From positions 30,568,001 through 30,632,000 of the forward strand of contig CM059433.1 in the NCBI GenBank assembly GCA_030390025.1: DNA of 64,000 nt, in the 5' to 3' direction. Made by a program: the position numbers and the translations under genes. The stretch is from Squalus acanthias (Eukaryota). This document shows, in pieces, positions 1 to 11,895 of this stretch. Within the stretch, counting starts at the first letter, position 1. The number at the start of each line of letters is the position of its first letter. The notes beneath the pieces were generated by a model. It did no database searches and was not told the origin of the DNA. It was given only the letters and a program-made list of their open reading frames with translations.

Positions 1-161
1 TCCGCCTCGCTCTCCTCCTTGTAACCTACCTCTTTGACCAAGCATTTGTCCTAATATCTCCTTATGTGGCTCAGTTTCAAATTTGTTTAATAACACTCCT
101 GTGAAGTGCCTTGGGACGTTTTACTACATTAAAGGCGCTATATAAAGGCAAGTTGTTGTTG
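1..161 (+). mobile_element. L2-clade LINE 3' end
   Basis: Ends aaaggcgctatataaaggcaagttgttgtt, the tail shared by the other L2 copies in the window. Confidence 0.75.
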
Positions 162-199
162 CTTTTGTTGCATATGGACACTGACCCGTGCCGACAGGT

Positions 200-490
200 A
201 ATGTTTCCGAGGAGCAGCATATCAAGAAGTTGGTCAAGGAGAAACCTTGTTTACTGTGCGAAGGCAGGAGGAGAAGCTTTTGCTGGAGATACAATAAATC
301 TGGTGGTACAAGTACGAGTGGAAACAGTTGAGAGCAATCCACCAAAGATGAGCAACACTTGAGAGATGGTGGAGAAGGATGGAGTGATCAACTGTGTCAA
401 ATGTTGCAAACAGCTGAAGGAGGGACAAGGAGGATAGCCTCAGTCACTAAGGATGTCATAGCTGACTTTGACTAAGGATGTCTCCGTGCC
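200..490 (-). mobile_element. Degraded L2 reverse transcriptase fragment
   Basis: Peptide ATFDTVDHSILLHHL resembles the AAFDTVDH motif seen in the L2 at 35374-36795. Confidence 0.6.
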
Positions 491-837
491 ATATTTTAGG
501 GGAGGTGGGCATGGAGCTGGGTGGCAACAGTACATTCATGTTGCAAAGTATTGCATATGCTGTAATGGATAGGGTTGATTGTCCTACAGACTTGGACTGC
601 AGTGAAATTATCTGCCCTTTTTAAATCTTGTTTGGTCTTAATTGAGAAATCAATAAGATCAATAAAACCATTATGCTGACCTTACATAATACACTTTCAA
701 TGACCGTGATTTAATGTACTGGCATTCATTAAAAAAATCATTTACATTGCTCCTAATACTCTGTTATATTAACTTCCTTAGACAGCCTGTCAGCCATTTA
801 ATTTTTTAACTGTGGGCTATAGTTGATATTGTTCTCT

Positions 838-1322
838 TAGGAATATAGGAACAGGAGGAGGCCATTCAGCCCCTTGAGCCTGTTCCACCATTCAATTAGA
901 TCGTGGCTGATCTGTATCTACCCACCTTGGTTCCGTAAACCTTAATACCCTTGCCTAACAAAAATCTATCAATCTCAATCTTGAAATTTTCAATTGACCC
1001 TCAGCCTCAACAGCTTTTTGGGGGAGAGAGTTCCAGGTTTCCACTACCCTTTGTGTGAAGAAGTGCTTCCTGACATCACCCCTGAACGGACTAGCTTGAA
1101 TCATAAGGTTATACCCCCTTGTTCTGAACTCCCCCATCGGAGGAAATAGTTTCTCTCTATCTACCATATCAATTCCTTTAATCATCTTAAACATCTCAAT
1201 TATATTACTTCTTAATCTTCTAAGGGAATACAAGCCTAGTCTGTGCAACCTGTCCACATAATTTAACCCTATTAGCCCCGATCTCATTCTAGTGAATCTG
1301 TGCTGCAGCCCCTCCAAGGCCT
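838..1322 (-). mobile_element. CR1 LINE 3' fragment
   Basis: ORF 955-1317 has the CR1 ORF2 C-terminus (LQHRFTRM...RLGLYSL...HFFTQRVVETWNSLP) followed by the CR1 3'UTR tail. Confidence 0.85.
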
Positions 1323-2461
1323 CCTTCCATTATGCCAAATTCCTTTTCCTACAGGCAATCCTGCACCAATATCCAACATTAGACACAGGGGTCTCATCTC
1401 AGTAGATAAACTCTACTCTCATTTGTACAAGAGCTCTCAAACCTTTCCTTCTGGGCCTATCTCTTGTGGTGCGAGTTCTGATAGAAAATTACCTGTTCAT
1501 ACATCTTTAAATTTCCAATTTCTTGGTCTACTGACATGTGCCTAACACGAGAGCATTCTCATTTATTTTTCACTTACAAGCATCTCTGAAAACTGAAAAT
1601 CACAGTAATACCCCTTTTTTCAGTCAGAGTACACAGGCTTTAGGACAAAGTTCTGGGCTGTCAGGTGGGCACTCAAGCAAACTTTAATCTTTGCAACGTG
1701 TTGGGGCTGGACGAAATAATGCACGCATTGGAGGAAGTTGGAAAGGGGGTCAAGAAAGGTGCTTAGAAATCAGTATACAGCTAAAGTATAATCAGTCTTT
1801 AACTCCCCACAAGACATACATACCTATCATACACACACACACAAATATACAAAGGCTACAACGCAGAAAGTGGCCATTTGGCCCCACCGGCCTTTGTTAG
1901 TGTTTACCTTTCATGCAAGCAATTAGTCCTAATTAGATTTACACATCCCTTTCCCATATCGCCTCAACCCCTCTCCCTTCATCCACCTCTCCAATCTTAC
2001 CTTGACTAAGTTGACACAGTTTCTGCCTCAACCACTAACCTTGGTAGTGAATTCCACAGCCTCACAACACACTGTGTGAAGAAGTTTCTCCTGCCCTCTG
2101 TTCTAAATCTCTTGCATTTAATCTTGTATCTCTGGCCCCTCGTTCTTGAAACTTCAACTGGTGGAAACAGTCTGCCTGTCCCATCCTTCCATTAAAAATT
2201 TTAAACACTATCATATTCCGCTGTAATTTGTGTTGTTGTAAAGAAAAAGTCTCAATTTTTCAAGTCTTTGCTTATATTTATATTTCATTATACCAGGCAG
2301 TGTTGTACCCGCTCTAAAGCCGCAATATCCTTCCTATAGCGCGGAGCCTAATATTGCACACAATACTTTAACTTAGGCCTTAATAAGGTTTTAAATAGGC
2401 CTATCATTACCTCTTTGCTTCTATATTCTATACCACTTGTGTTAAAACCTAGAATTCCAAG

Positions 2462-2835
2462 GTGCCAGTCTTAGCTCAGTGGTAGCATTCTTGCCTCTGA
2501 GGTTGTGGGTTCACGTCCCACTCCAGAGACTTGAGCACATAATTTAGGCAGAACTGAGGGAGTGCTGCACTGTCGGAGGTTCCATCTTAGGTGGACATAA
2601 AAGATCCCATGGCACTATTTGAAGAAGTGAAGGGGCGTTCACCCTGCTCTTCAAATTGTCCTGGCCAATCCCTCAACCAACAGCACTAAAAAACAAATTA
2701 CCTGGTCATGTATTTCATTGCTGCTTGTGGGACCTTATACACAAATTGACTGCTGCATTTCCCTAAATTACAACAGTGACTCTGCCTTAATGGCTGTAAA
2801 GTGGTTTGGGATGTCCTGAGATTGTGAAAGGCATT
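2462..2835 (+). mobile_element. tRNA-derived Deu-type SINE (SacSINE1-like), degraded
   Basis: tRNA-like head (agctcagtggtag...gggttca) and the core aaagatcccatggcactatt shared with about 14 other copies. Confidence 0.75.
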
Positions 2836-3546
2836 AGCATTTTTTATAGTCTTATCAACCTAAGGTACTATAATATGTCTTGTGAACCTGTACCTGCCAA
2901 ATCTTTCTGCTCTTCCAAAAATACCAAGTCTACTTAAATTCAGAGTATAATTACGGCTGCTACTTTTTTTTCACCAAAATGCATCACCTCACACATACTG
3001 ACACTAAATTCCGTCTGACACTTTTTTGCCCATTCTTTCATCTTGCAGTTTCCCTTCGTCTACTAAAGAATTAACTATATATTCTATCTTAGTATCATCT
3101 GCAAATTTCAACAAATTTGGCCTATATCCAAATCATTGTGTACACAGTGAACAGATGTGGCCCCAGAACAGAATCCTGTGAGACAACACTACCCACTCCC
3201 AACCATTCTGAAAAACTGCCCTTAACTCTTACTCTGATGTCTCCCTTCAAACCAGTTTGTCATCCTCCTCCGAATTCCATACCACTTAATCTTCTTTAGT
3301 AATCTCCCACATGGTACCTTGTCAAAGGCTTTCCTAAAGTCCATGTACACTGCATCCACTGCATTTCCCCCATGTGCGCTACATCCTCCAAGAATCCAAA
3401 GAGGATTTGAAAACACGATCGTCCTTTTTGAAATCCGTGCTGGCTACTTCTGTCTAGTTTATCTTTATCTAGATTTGTGGTAATTCAATCCCCAATTAAA
3501 ATTTTCCCTATCACAGATGTTAAAGTAACTGACCTACAATTACCCA

Positions 3547-4182
3547 TGATGTGGTGATGCCGGTGTTGGACTGGGGTGGACAAATGTGAGAAGTCGCACA
3601 ACACCAGGTTATAGTCCAACAGCTTTATTTGAAATCACAAGCTTTCGGAGCGCTGCTCCTTCATCAGGTGAAGTGAAGAGATGCATATAGGCACAGCATA
3701 TATAGTCAGAGAACACTGCCAGATGATTACAGTTAATCTTTCCAACTGCCCTTTATCACACCTCAGCAGAGAGATAATCACGGCAATCAAAGGTGTGGAT
3801 GGTGTCCAAACAGGTCAGTCAGGAAAACATTACATCAAAGACAATGTGGCAGATGCTGGGGTCTGTATGGAAAACAAAAAACTTTAAAGTTTTCTGTTTT
3901 CCATACAGACCCCAGCATCGGCCACATTGTCTTTGATGTAATGTTTTCCTGACTGACTTGTTTGGACACCATCCACACCTTTGATTGCCGTGATTATCTC
4001 TCTGCCGAGGTGTGATAAAGGGCAGTTGGAAAGATTAACTGTACTCATCTGGCAGTGTTCTCTGACTATATATGCTGTGCCTATATGCATCTCTTCACTT
4101 CACCTGATGAAGGAGCAGCGCTCCGAAAGCTTGTGATTTCAAATAAAGCTGTTGGACTATAACCTGGTGTTGTGCGACTTCT
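3547..4182. mobile_element. Penelope-derived non-coding fold-back element (594 bp palindrome) with 12 bp TSD
   Basis: Arms 3589-3885 and 3886-4182 are near-perfect reverse complements with no spacer. Flanked by TACAATTACCCA at 3535-3546 and 4183-4194. Each arm carries a hammerhead motif and AATAAA. Confidence 0.85.
4100..4136 (+). ncRNA. Minimal hammerhead ribozyme motif (mirror copy at 3635-3671 on minus strand)
   Basis: TCAC-CTGATGA-A-GGAGC-agc-GCTCC-GAAA-GCTT-GTGA: catalytic boxes CUGANGA and GAAA, stem I TCAC/GTGA, stem II GGAGC/GCTCC, palindromic stem III AAGCTT. Confidence 0.8.
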
Positions 4183-4829
4183 TACAATTACCCAGATTAG
4201 CTCTCTTCCTTTTTAAAATGGGTGTTATATTGGCCAGTCTCCAGTCCTCTGGTGAATATCCACACTTAATAGAGATCTGAAATATAATTTCTAGGGCCTC
4301 AGCAATGTTCTTCCTCATCTCCCTTTGGATTCTAGGATGTATTGTAATGAAAGGGTTAATCAGACTGATGTGAAGTGTGCTAATGTACTCTTGCTATTGA
4401 TCTGCCCTGATATTGTTGTAACATTAGCATTCAACCTTTGTTAGGTCGGGAAGTATGATTCTTAAATTGTAATATAACTTAAAATAGTTACAAGTGTACA
4501 CCAATTCTAAGAGGGTGACCACTGAACTGAGACTGACCCATACAGTATTGGAGAGATTTAAGATGAAGTAACCACCTGCTTAATAAGTGCAGTTAATTGG
4601 ATACATGCCATTGCATACTGGCTCCTAAGTTTCAGGGAGATTGTAATCAATGATACGGCTGCAAAGACACAGTTCGTCCTGCAAAAGGAAAACATCTGGG
4701 TCAAAGTTTATCTGTTTGATTAGATTTGGAGAATGGGGAAATCAGGCGGTGCTGAATGGTACAGATTCAAAGACAGACTTATAACTAAATGTTTCACTTG
4801 GTGGAATAGCAATTATATTGCTATTAATA

Positions 4830-5533
4830 AAGGACACCCAACATGGATTTGTGAAAGGCAAATCGTGTCTGACTAACTTGAGCGAGTTCTTCAGTGAAGT
4901 AACAGAGGCTGGATGAGGGTAGTGTGGTTGATGTTGTGTATATGGACTTTCAGAAGGCGTTTGAGAATGTACCATATAATAGACTAGTTAGCAAAATTGA
5001 AGCCCATGGGATTAAAGGGGCAGTGGCAGTGTGGATACAAAATTGGCTAAAGGACAGAAAGCAGAGAGTAGTGGTGAATGGTTGTTTTTCAGATGGAAGG
5101 GAAGTGTACAGTGGTGTCCCCCAGGGGTTGGTATTAGGGCCACTGCTCTTTTTTTAAATCAATATTAATGAACTGGATTGGGTACAGGGGCCATAATTTC
5201 AAAGTTGTGGATGACACAAAGCTTGGAAATGTAGTAAACAGTGAGGAGGATAGTAGCAGACTTCAGGAGGACATAGACAGAAATGTCAGCCACACGGCTG
5301 ATGAAATTTAATGCAGAGAAGTGTGACGTGATGCATTTAGGAAGGAAAAATTAGCAGAGGCAATATAAATTAAATGGTAACATTTTGAGGGGAATGCGGG
5401 AACAGAGAAACCTACCGGTTCACATACACAAATCTTTGAAGGTGGCAGGACAAGTTGATCAAGCTGTTAAAAAAGCATACGGGATCCTTGGCTTTATGAA
5501 TAGAGGCATAGTGTACAAAAGTGAGGAAGTTAA
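4830..5533 (+). mobile_element. CR1 RT fragment
   Basis: VDVVYMDFQKAF...SGVPQGLVLGPLLF peptide, with frameshifts. Confidence 0.85.
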
Positions 5534-5534
5534 T

Positions 5535-5650
5535 GGCCCATAATTTGCGGCCCCTATGGGTGCGTATGCGCCCGTAAGGGCCGGGCAAGTTCCAGGTTTT
5601 CGCATGTGAAGCACATGCGCGAAAACCCGGAACTTGCGATCTGTCAAGAA
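5535..5650 (+). mobile_element. 5' fragment of a Harbinger-type MITE related to the elements at 19050, 37059 and 52030
   Basis: Begins GGCCCATAATT and carries the same internal hairpin type (gttttcgcatgtg...cacatgcgcgaaaac). Confidence 0.5.
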
Positions 5651-5962
5651 TCTTCCAATAGAGCTGGACCCACCTCCCTTCAAAGACGAGGGGTGTGATA
5701 GTGAGTCGTTGTATCGATGAATGCCACAGAAATATAGTCAGCTGCTGACTGGTACAGATAGCCAGTTGCAGTCTGATCAATGTGCCCACATATAAAATGG
5801 TACTGCACTTGAATTTTGTTTTAAATATTTTCATTTAGCACATTGTTAGCAGAGTGGATGAAAATATCGGTTATCTGCCATCAACAATGTGAAATAGGGA
5901 TTAATGCTCCTTTATTCATCCTGAGTGATATTGGCTAAGCACTGCAGATGCTGTTTTAATAT

Positions 5963-6200
5963 TGATCTTCACACAAAGGGTAGTAGGAATCTGGAACGCT
6001 CTCCCCCAAAAAGCTGTTGAGGCCAGGGGTCAATTGAAAATTTCAAAACTGAGATTGACATAATTTTGTTGGGTAAGAGTATTAAGGGATACAGAACCAA
6101 GGCGGGTAGATGGAGCTAAGATATAGACCCACCGTGATCTAACTGAATGGCGTATCAGGCTCGAGGTGCTGAATGGCCGCCTCCTGTTCCTATGTTCCTA
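5963..6200 (+). mobile_element. CR1 3' end
   Basis: ttcacacaaagggtagtagg...cctgttcctatgttcct tail. Confidence 0.8.
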
Positions 6201-6221
6201 ACTGAGAAAGGTTAGCTTAAC

Positions 6222-6891
6222 GATAGCAATATACTGCGGATGCTGGAAATCCGAAATAACAACAGAAAACGCTGGAAAAACTCAGCAGGCCAGGCAGCAT
6301 CCGTGGAGAGAGAAAGAGAGTTAACGTTTCAGGTCGATGACCTTTCATCAGAACTGGGAAGAGCCGGAAATCAAATAGATTTAAGGCCAGGGTAAAGCTG
6401 GGAAAAGGGGGAGGGAATAAAGGAACAAAGGGGGAGATGAAGAGACATTAAGAGACATTAAGAGATATGCAAGGCTAGAGGTGGTGTTAATGTGACAGAT
6501 TAAGGCTGAAAGAAGTGTGAAATCCACTGGCAGAATGAAGGACAGCTGTCAGCTTCTAGGAGGAAAAAAAAGGTGGGGGGGGGCAAATAAAAGGGTGGAA
6601 AAAATAAAATATAAATGTGATTGGAGCTGAGGTTATGATCTAAAATTGTTGAACTCGATATTGAGTCCAGAGGGCTGTAGCGTGCCTAAACGAAAGATGA
6701 GGTGCTGTTCCTCGAGCTTACGCTGCGCTTCCGTGGAACAGTGTAATAGGCCGAGGACGGTGAGGTCAGAGTGGGAGTGAAGCGGTGAATTAAAGTGACA
6801 GGCGACCGGGAGCTCGGGGTCCCCCTTACGGACTGAACGGAGGTGTTCCGCAAAGCAGTCACCCAATCTGCGTTTGGTCTCCCCAATGTAG
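6222..6891 (-). mobile_element. 5'-truncated Penelope-like retroelement (GIY-YIG C-terminus plus 3' region), 13 bp TSD
   Basis: Minus strand encodes LYIGETKRRLGDCFAEHLRSV...PVACHFN...LGTLQPSGLN. Flanked by AGGTTAGCTTAAC at 6209-6221 and 6892-6904. Confidence 0.88.
6319..6355 (-). ncRNA. Minimal hammerhead ribozyme motif in the Penelope 3' region
   Basis: AGTT-CTGATGA-A-AGGTC-atc-GACCT-GAAA-CGTT-AACT: stem I AGTT/AACT, stem II AGGTC/GACCT, palindrome AACGTT. Confidence 0.82.
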
Positions 6892-6929
6892 AGGTTAGCT
6901 TAACATTGGCTTAAATCTGAGAAGTGCTT

Positions 6930-7330
6930 TTAAAAAAAAAGATGCATTTATATCGCGCCTTTCACAACCACAGGACGTCCCAAAGCGCTTTACAGCCAAT
7001 GAAGTATTTTTGAAGTGTAGCCACTGTTGTAATATAGGAAACACGGCAGCCAATTTGCGCACAGCAAGGTCCCACAAACAGCAATATGATAATGACCAGA
7101 CAATCTGCTTTTAGGTGTTGGTTTCGGGATAAATATTGGCCATAACACCGGGTCGAACTCCCCTGCTCTTCTTCCAATAGTACCATGGGATCTTTTAAGT
7201 CCTACTGAAAGGGCAGACGGAGCCTCGGTTTAATGTCTCATCTGAAAGACGGCTCCTCTGACAGTGCAGCACTCCCACAGTACTGCACTGGAGTGTCAGC
7301 CTGGATTATGTGCTCAAGTCTCTGGAGTGG
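6930..7330 (-). mobile_element. Deu-type SINE, 5'-truncated
   Basis: Reverse complement of the 17216-17685 family, with an L2-like tail. Confidence 0.8.
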
Positions 7331-7721
7331 AAAGATTGCCCCTTTGCGATAAGGAAAATATGTTTTCTTTTGCTGTTTGCAGCAGCAGTCTGTAGCCAGG
7401 TTACACTTCTCAACCAGCTTCCTCCAAAATGACTGAATTTTCTTAGTCGAATAGGATTTTGTTATCAATCAACCAAAGGAAAAAAAAAATTGCTACTGAG
7501 ATGATATGATTGAATCGATAAGGCTCCAAGTGACCACATCCACTCCCCTGTTGCCATCTGTTTCATTCTAAAGGGAAGTGCAGACTTCTCGAAAAAGAAA
7601 TCCACAGAACATGACCCACCATCAACCAAAATATGCAAACTTTGGGCTCCGCACTCTTGAGGGCAGTTTATACAAACTGCTGCCTAGTTTCTTATGAATG
7701 GAGTAAAATGAAATAAACAGT

Positions 7722-8784
7722 GGGCCAAATCTTGCTGGAAAAATAACAGTGCGTTAACGACGCACGCCGTTATCAATGCGCAAATCGGCCAGCAAGTTCA
7801 GAGGATTAAGAGATATGCCTTGATTTGCGAATCACCAGAACTTGCTGGTCGATTTGCGTCGTTCCACCATTTTCTTTGCACAAACAGCATCTCCCCCTCA
7901 ACCTCCGAGTTATTTATAAGAACTGGCCAGATTTGTTCATTAATTGCTCGGTAAACTCGCCGCAGAAATTTAAGTCTGGTAATAAAGAGCATAATGTGAT
8001 CATTGTTAATGCAAGGCCAATCAACCTCTGTGGCCCAGAAAGAGAACAATTTAAACTGTTCAATCTCATTTCTGCAAGTAGTAAATTGTTGTTAGAGATT
8101 TTAAAAATGTCAAATAGCCCAGCAACTTGTGGCGAGGAAGAGATAGCCCGTGAGTTGAGAATCGCCACAAGTTGCTGGACAATTTGCGCCGCTCCGCCGT
8201 TAGCCTCGTGAAAATGGCAGCTCGCCCTCAACCTCCGTGAGTTTCAAGAAATTGCTGCATTTGCGCATTAATTATCAATTAAATTCACCACAAAAAGTTA
8301 GGGCTGGTACTTAACAGCACAAGTACCTTTAGAATGTCGAGATTTATGTTCCTGAAATGCCATTCAAACTCTCCAGCCCAGTAGGGGAACAATTGAAACT
8401 GTGGATTCTTATTGCTACAGGTAACAAATTTAAATTTTTTTCTAACTTTTCTTTCTGTCTTTTTTTCTGTCTTTCTCTTATTCCAATCTATCTTTCCCTC
8501 TCTTTATTTCTCTTTCTGTACTTGATTTGGCTCTAATTCACCCTATTTCCTTCTCCGCCATTCCTCTATTTCTTTCTGAATCTTTAAATCTCATTGGTTG
8601 AGGAGATAGACTGTTTGTCCCATCATTCACTCAGGTCCCAGATGCCTGTTGCCCTCACTGTGCCGTTATTAGCTCACACCTACAGCAAGTTACAACGCAA
8701 AAAGATTGAGAGCTGAAGGATGCAGGAAAGTGTCTAACTAACAGGGCATGCCGCGAGATGCCCCGCTCCAGCAAGCTCCGGTCC
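7722..8784. mobile_element. Harbinger-type MITE with internally duplicated hairpin module
   Basis: Imperfect TIRs GGGCCAAATCTTGCTGGA / TCCAGCAAGCTCCGGTCC and flanks agt/att. A partial second copy lies at about 39535-39730. Confidence 0.65.
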
Positions 8785-8869
8785 ATTCCTCTAATGGCAT
8801 TTGGTTCCATTAACATTTGTGCCACACAAGTACCATACAATGATCATTTCCAGACAAGGGAGAGTCAAA

Positions 8870-10625
8870 CCACCTCCCTATGACCTTCATTACCATTGTC
8901 CATTTGATTAGCAGCCCATCCACCACCTTAAACATTCACTCCTTCCACCAGTGCATCGTGGCTGCAGTGTGTACCATCTACAAGATGCACTGCAGCAACT
9001 CACTAAGCCTTCTTTGGCAGCACCTCCTAAACCCGCGATGTTTACCACCTAGAAGGACAAGGGCAGCAAGCACGTAGGAACACCAACACCTCCAAGTTCT
9101 CCTCCAAGTCACACACTATTCTGACTTGGGAATTGTAAGGTTTCCAAAATTTGCAGATCCCCAAACCTAAAGGAAAAAGGACTTTGGAACTACCCCAGAG
9201 TGATAAAAATGCATTTGGGCCTAACATAAGGAATTTAAGACCAAAAACCAAGTTTTGGCATTTTAAAAGACATGTCTGGACCTGTAAGGGAGAAAAGGCT
9301 GCACAGGAGGTGGGTTCGACCTCTGTAAAAGCAGTTCTGGGTATTGCAGTTAAATTGCATTGTCTGGGGAATCGGGATGACCTCACTCAAGCCCCAGCAA
9401 GCATTAACATTTGGACAATAGACCCTAGGAGAAGACAGTCTCATCCCATCAAAAAACAATCAGCCAAGAAGATCGACAGGATGCAAACCATCCCAAAAAA
9501 AAACATTTGACACTTACAGAACCCATTAAAGACATGCATAAAGATAGGAGTCCGAGGCCCAGTCAAGAAACCTAAAACATGAGGACAATGCAAACTCCGA
9601 TGAAACAACAGATCGACAGGATGGAGCTATCCGGAAACCACTTCACACATTTACAAAACCAGTTAACACACTAGTAAAGTCGTTACTGTTAACGAGGTCT
9701 TACAATGACCGGGATTTGATTTGGGGTAGATAAGGCCACTTCAATTTAGTATAATTGAAGGCCCATCAAACAGATCAAGTTCAACAGAAGGCAGTTCTGC
9801 AGTTCAATCGAAAAGCCTGTTTTCAGCAAGAAGTCAGGGATGGAGTTACAGAGTTCAGGACAAGCAGACAGAAGGCAGTTTCCACAGTTCGGAAGAAGAC
9901 AGTTTAAACAGAGGCAGAGTTACAGCAAGAAGTTCAACAAAGAAGGCCAACAACTTCACAAGCAGACCAACACGCAAGAAGAAACCAGAGCGACTGCCTC
10001 AGTGACCATCGGACACCTCGCGGCAACAAGGGCCTTACGAAACCTTTTACTCAAAAGACTCTAAACCCTAACTCTCAACTGTCAAGGATTCGTTTGGTGA
10101 GCATTATCCCTGGTTCTCCCAGAGCCCAACCTAGCTAGGGAAGTGGGATTGGGAGGGGTGAAGTATTCTTCTAAGGTTATTTCCCTCGCTTGTACCAATG
10201 TGTTCCCCAACCTGTGTTTAAGCATTAAGAGTGTTTTAAGTTTGTTACCTTTTTCTTTTAATAAAGTCAAAATTCTTTCATCAGAACCTGTTGTCTACTG
10301 CATCTTTATTCACAACCCCTAAATAAGTCCAAGGTCTAGAACCAGGGGCGAGGGAGCGATTCGAACCGCTCACTGAGTCAGAGGTGAGGCTGACCCTACC
10401 ATACCACCCCCGACAAATATATCATCGTTCCTTCATTGTCACCGAGTTAAAATGCAGGAACTCCCTCCCTAACAACACTGTGGGAGTACCTTCACCACAC
10501 GGACTGCCATGGTTAAAGAAGGCGGCTCACCACCACCTTCTCAAGGGCAAGTAGGAATGGGTAATAAATGCTGGCCTCGCCAGTGATGCAAACATCCCAT
10601 GAATTAATAAACTTAAAAAAAGAAA
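8870..10625 (+). mobile_element. Non-LTR retroelement 3' fragment (family not assigned), split by a solo-LTR-like insert
   Basis: Sequence 9040-9133 joined to 10416-10610 is colinear with the uninterrupted minus-strand copy at 62265-62540. Ends in AATAAA and an A-rich tail. Confidence 0.65.
9134..10415 (+). mobile_element. Solo-LTR-like insertion (1282 bp)
   Basis: Begins TGT, ends ACA, has AATAAA near 10260 and no coding homology. Cleanly interrupts the host repeat with duplicated aat. Confidence 0.6.
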
Positions 10626-11419
10626 AAAAGTTGCACTTCTGCTTTGCTGCACTTTATTTTATTTTGAGTGCTCGTGGGGAAGTGCCACTTCTTCCAAACT
10701 CGCAAATTGTGCTCCATTTAAGCCACAGAAGCTGAAGGGGGAGAGCTGCCTTTCACACTAGAAGTGGAGCACAACGGCGGGAGGCTGGATCTGCCCCTTG
10801 ATCTTCCTTTTCTTGAACTCGCTGGCAAATTAGCTGGCAAGAATGCCAAAGGGAAATTGGTCTGTTCACCATTTGATCTGATGGATCTCAGCATTATTCT
10901 CGCTGTTAACTCTTTTTATAATTGTCGTAACAAATACAGTGCAAACTCTCATTGTGCACCAGGGGATTCACCAAATTATGTTATTCTAATTTTTTTTTTG
11001 GCCCCTATTTGTTCATCAATCTTCTTCTCATGGAAGCGTGCTGTTTAAATCTCTGCTTAATTTGCATACAAAAGGAACATACACGCAGAGATGAAATTTT
11101 AGTTTCACAGCAGTGCCTCGCAAAGCAACCCCCATCATTCTCAGGAAAGAGTGTGCAATTAAAATCTAAGATACACTTCGTAATGAATATTTGCGATATG
11201 ACGATGAGAAGAGTACTTTAAGAAATCTTGGCTTTCCAACTCATTAACTACTTAATCCCACTATGAACTCCATCTTGTGAACTAGACAGCATTATACAAT
11301 CCCATGGCCATGAATAAACAAAATCGGCATTCTCTGTGTGACATTTTTACTCACACTGTGAGATACACCTCAGCAATATTCTAGAAAGTTGGCATAAAAG
11401 TGGCTGCATTTTTCAACTT

Positions 11420-11895
11420 GAAAGAACTTTTATAATTGGATGATACCAGAACTGAGAGGATATACTTAACAGGAAAGACTGAACAGGCTGGGGCTCTTTT
11501 CTGTAGAAAAGAGAAAGGCTGAGGGGTGACCTGATAGAGGCCTTTAAGATTATGAAAGGGTTTGATAGGGTAGACGTAGAGAAGATGTGGGGGGAGACCA
11601 AAACTAGGGGCCATAAATATAAGATAGTCACTAATAAATCTAATAGGGAATTCAGGAGAAACTTCTTTACCCAAAGAGTGGTGAGAATGTGGAATGCGCT
11701 ACCACAAGGAGTAGTTGAGGTGAATAGCATTAGAGGTATTTAAGTGGAAGCTAGATAAGTACATGAGGGAGAAAGGAATAGAAGGATATGCTGAAAGAGT
11801 GAGATGAAGAGGGGTGGGAGGAGGCTCATGTGGAGCATAAACACTGGCATGGACCTGTTGAGCTGACTGGCCTGTTTCTGTGCTATAGACTCGAT
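11420..11895 (+). mobile_element. CR1 3' fragment
   Basis: KTRGHKYKI...NFFTQRVVRMWNALP peptide plus 3'UTR. Confidence 0.82.

Larger units (their letters stand above)
1850..4340 (-). mobile_element. Old degraded CR1 LINE, interrupted by a SINE and a Penelope palindrome
   Basis: VDAVYMDFRKAFDKVP RT motif at about 3300-3360; CR1-like sequence resumes after 4194. Confidence 0.7.

Noticed and set aside
3681..4090. Two near-identical 68 aa ORFs on opposite strands
   Set aside because: Mirror images created by the palindrome; no recognisable protein.
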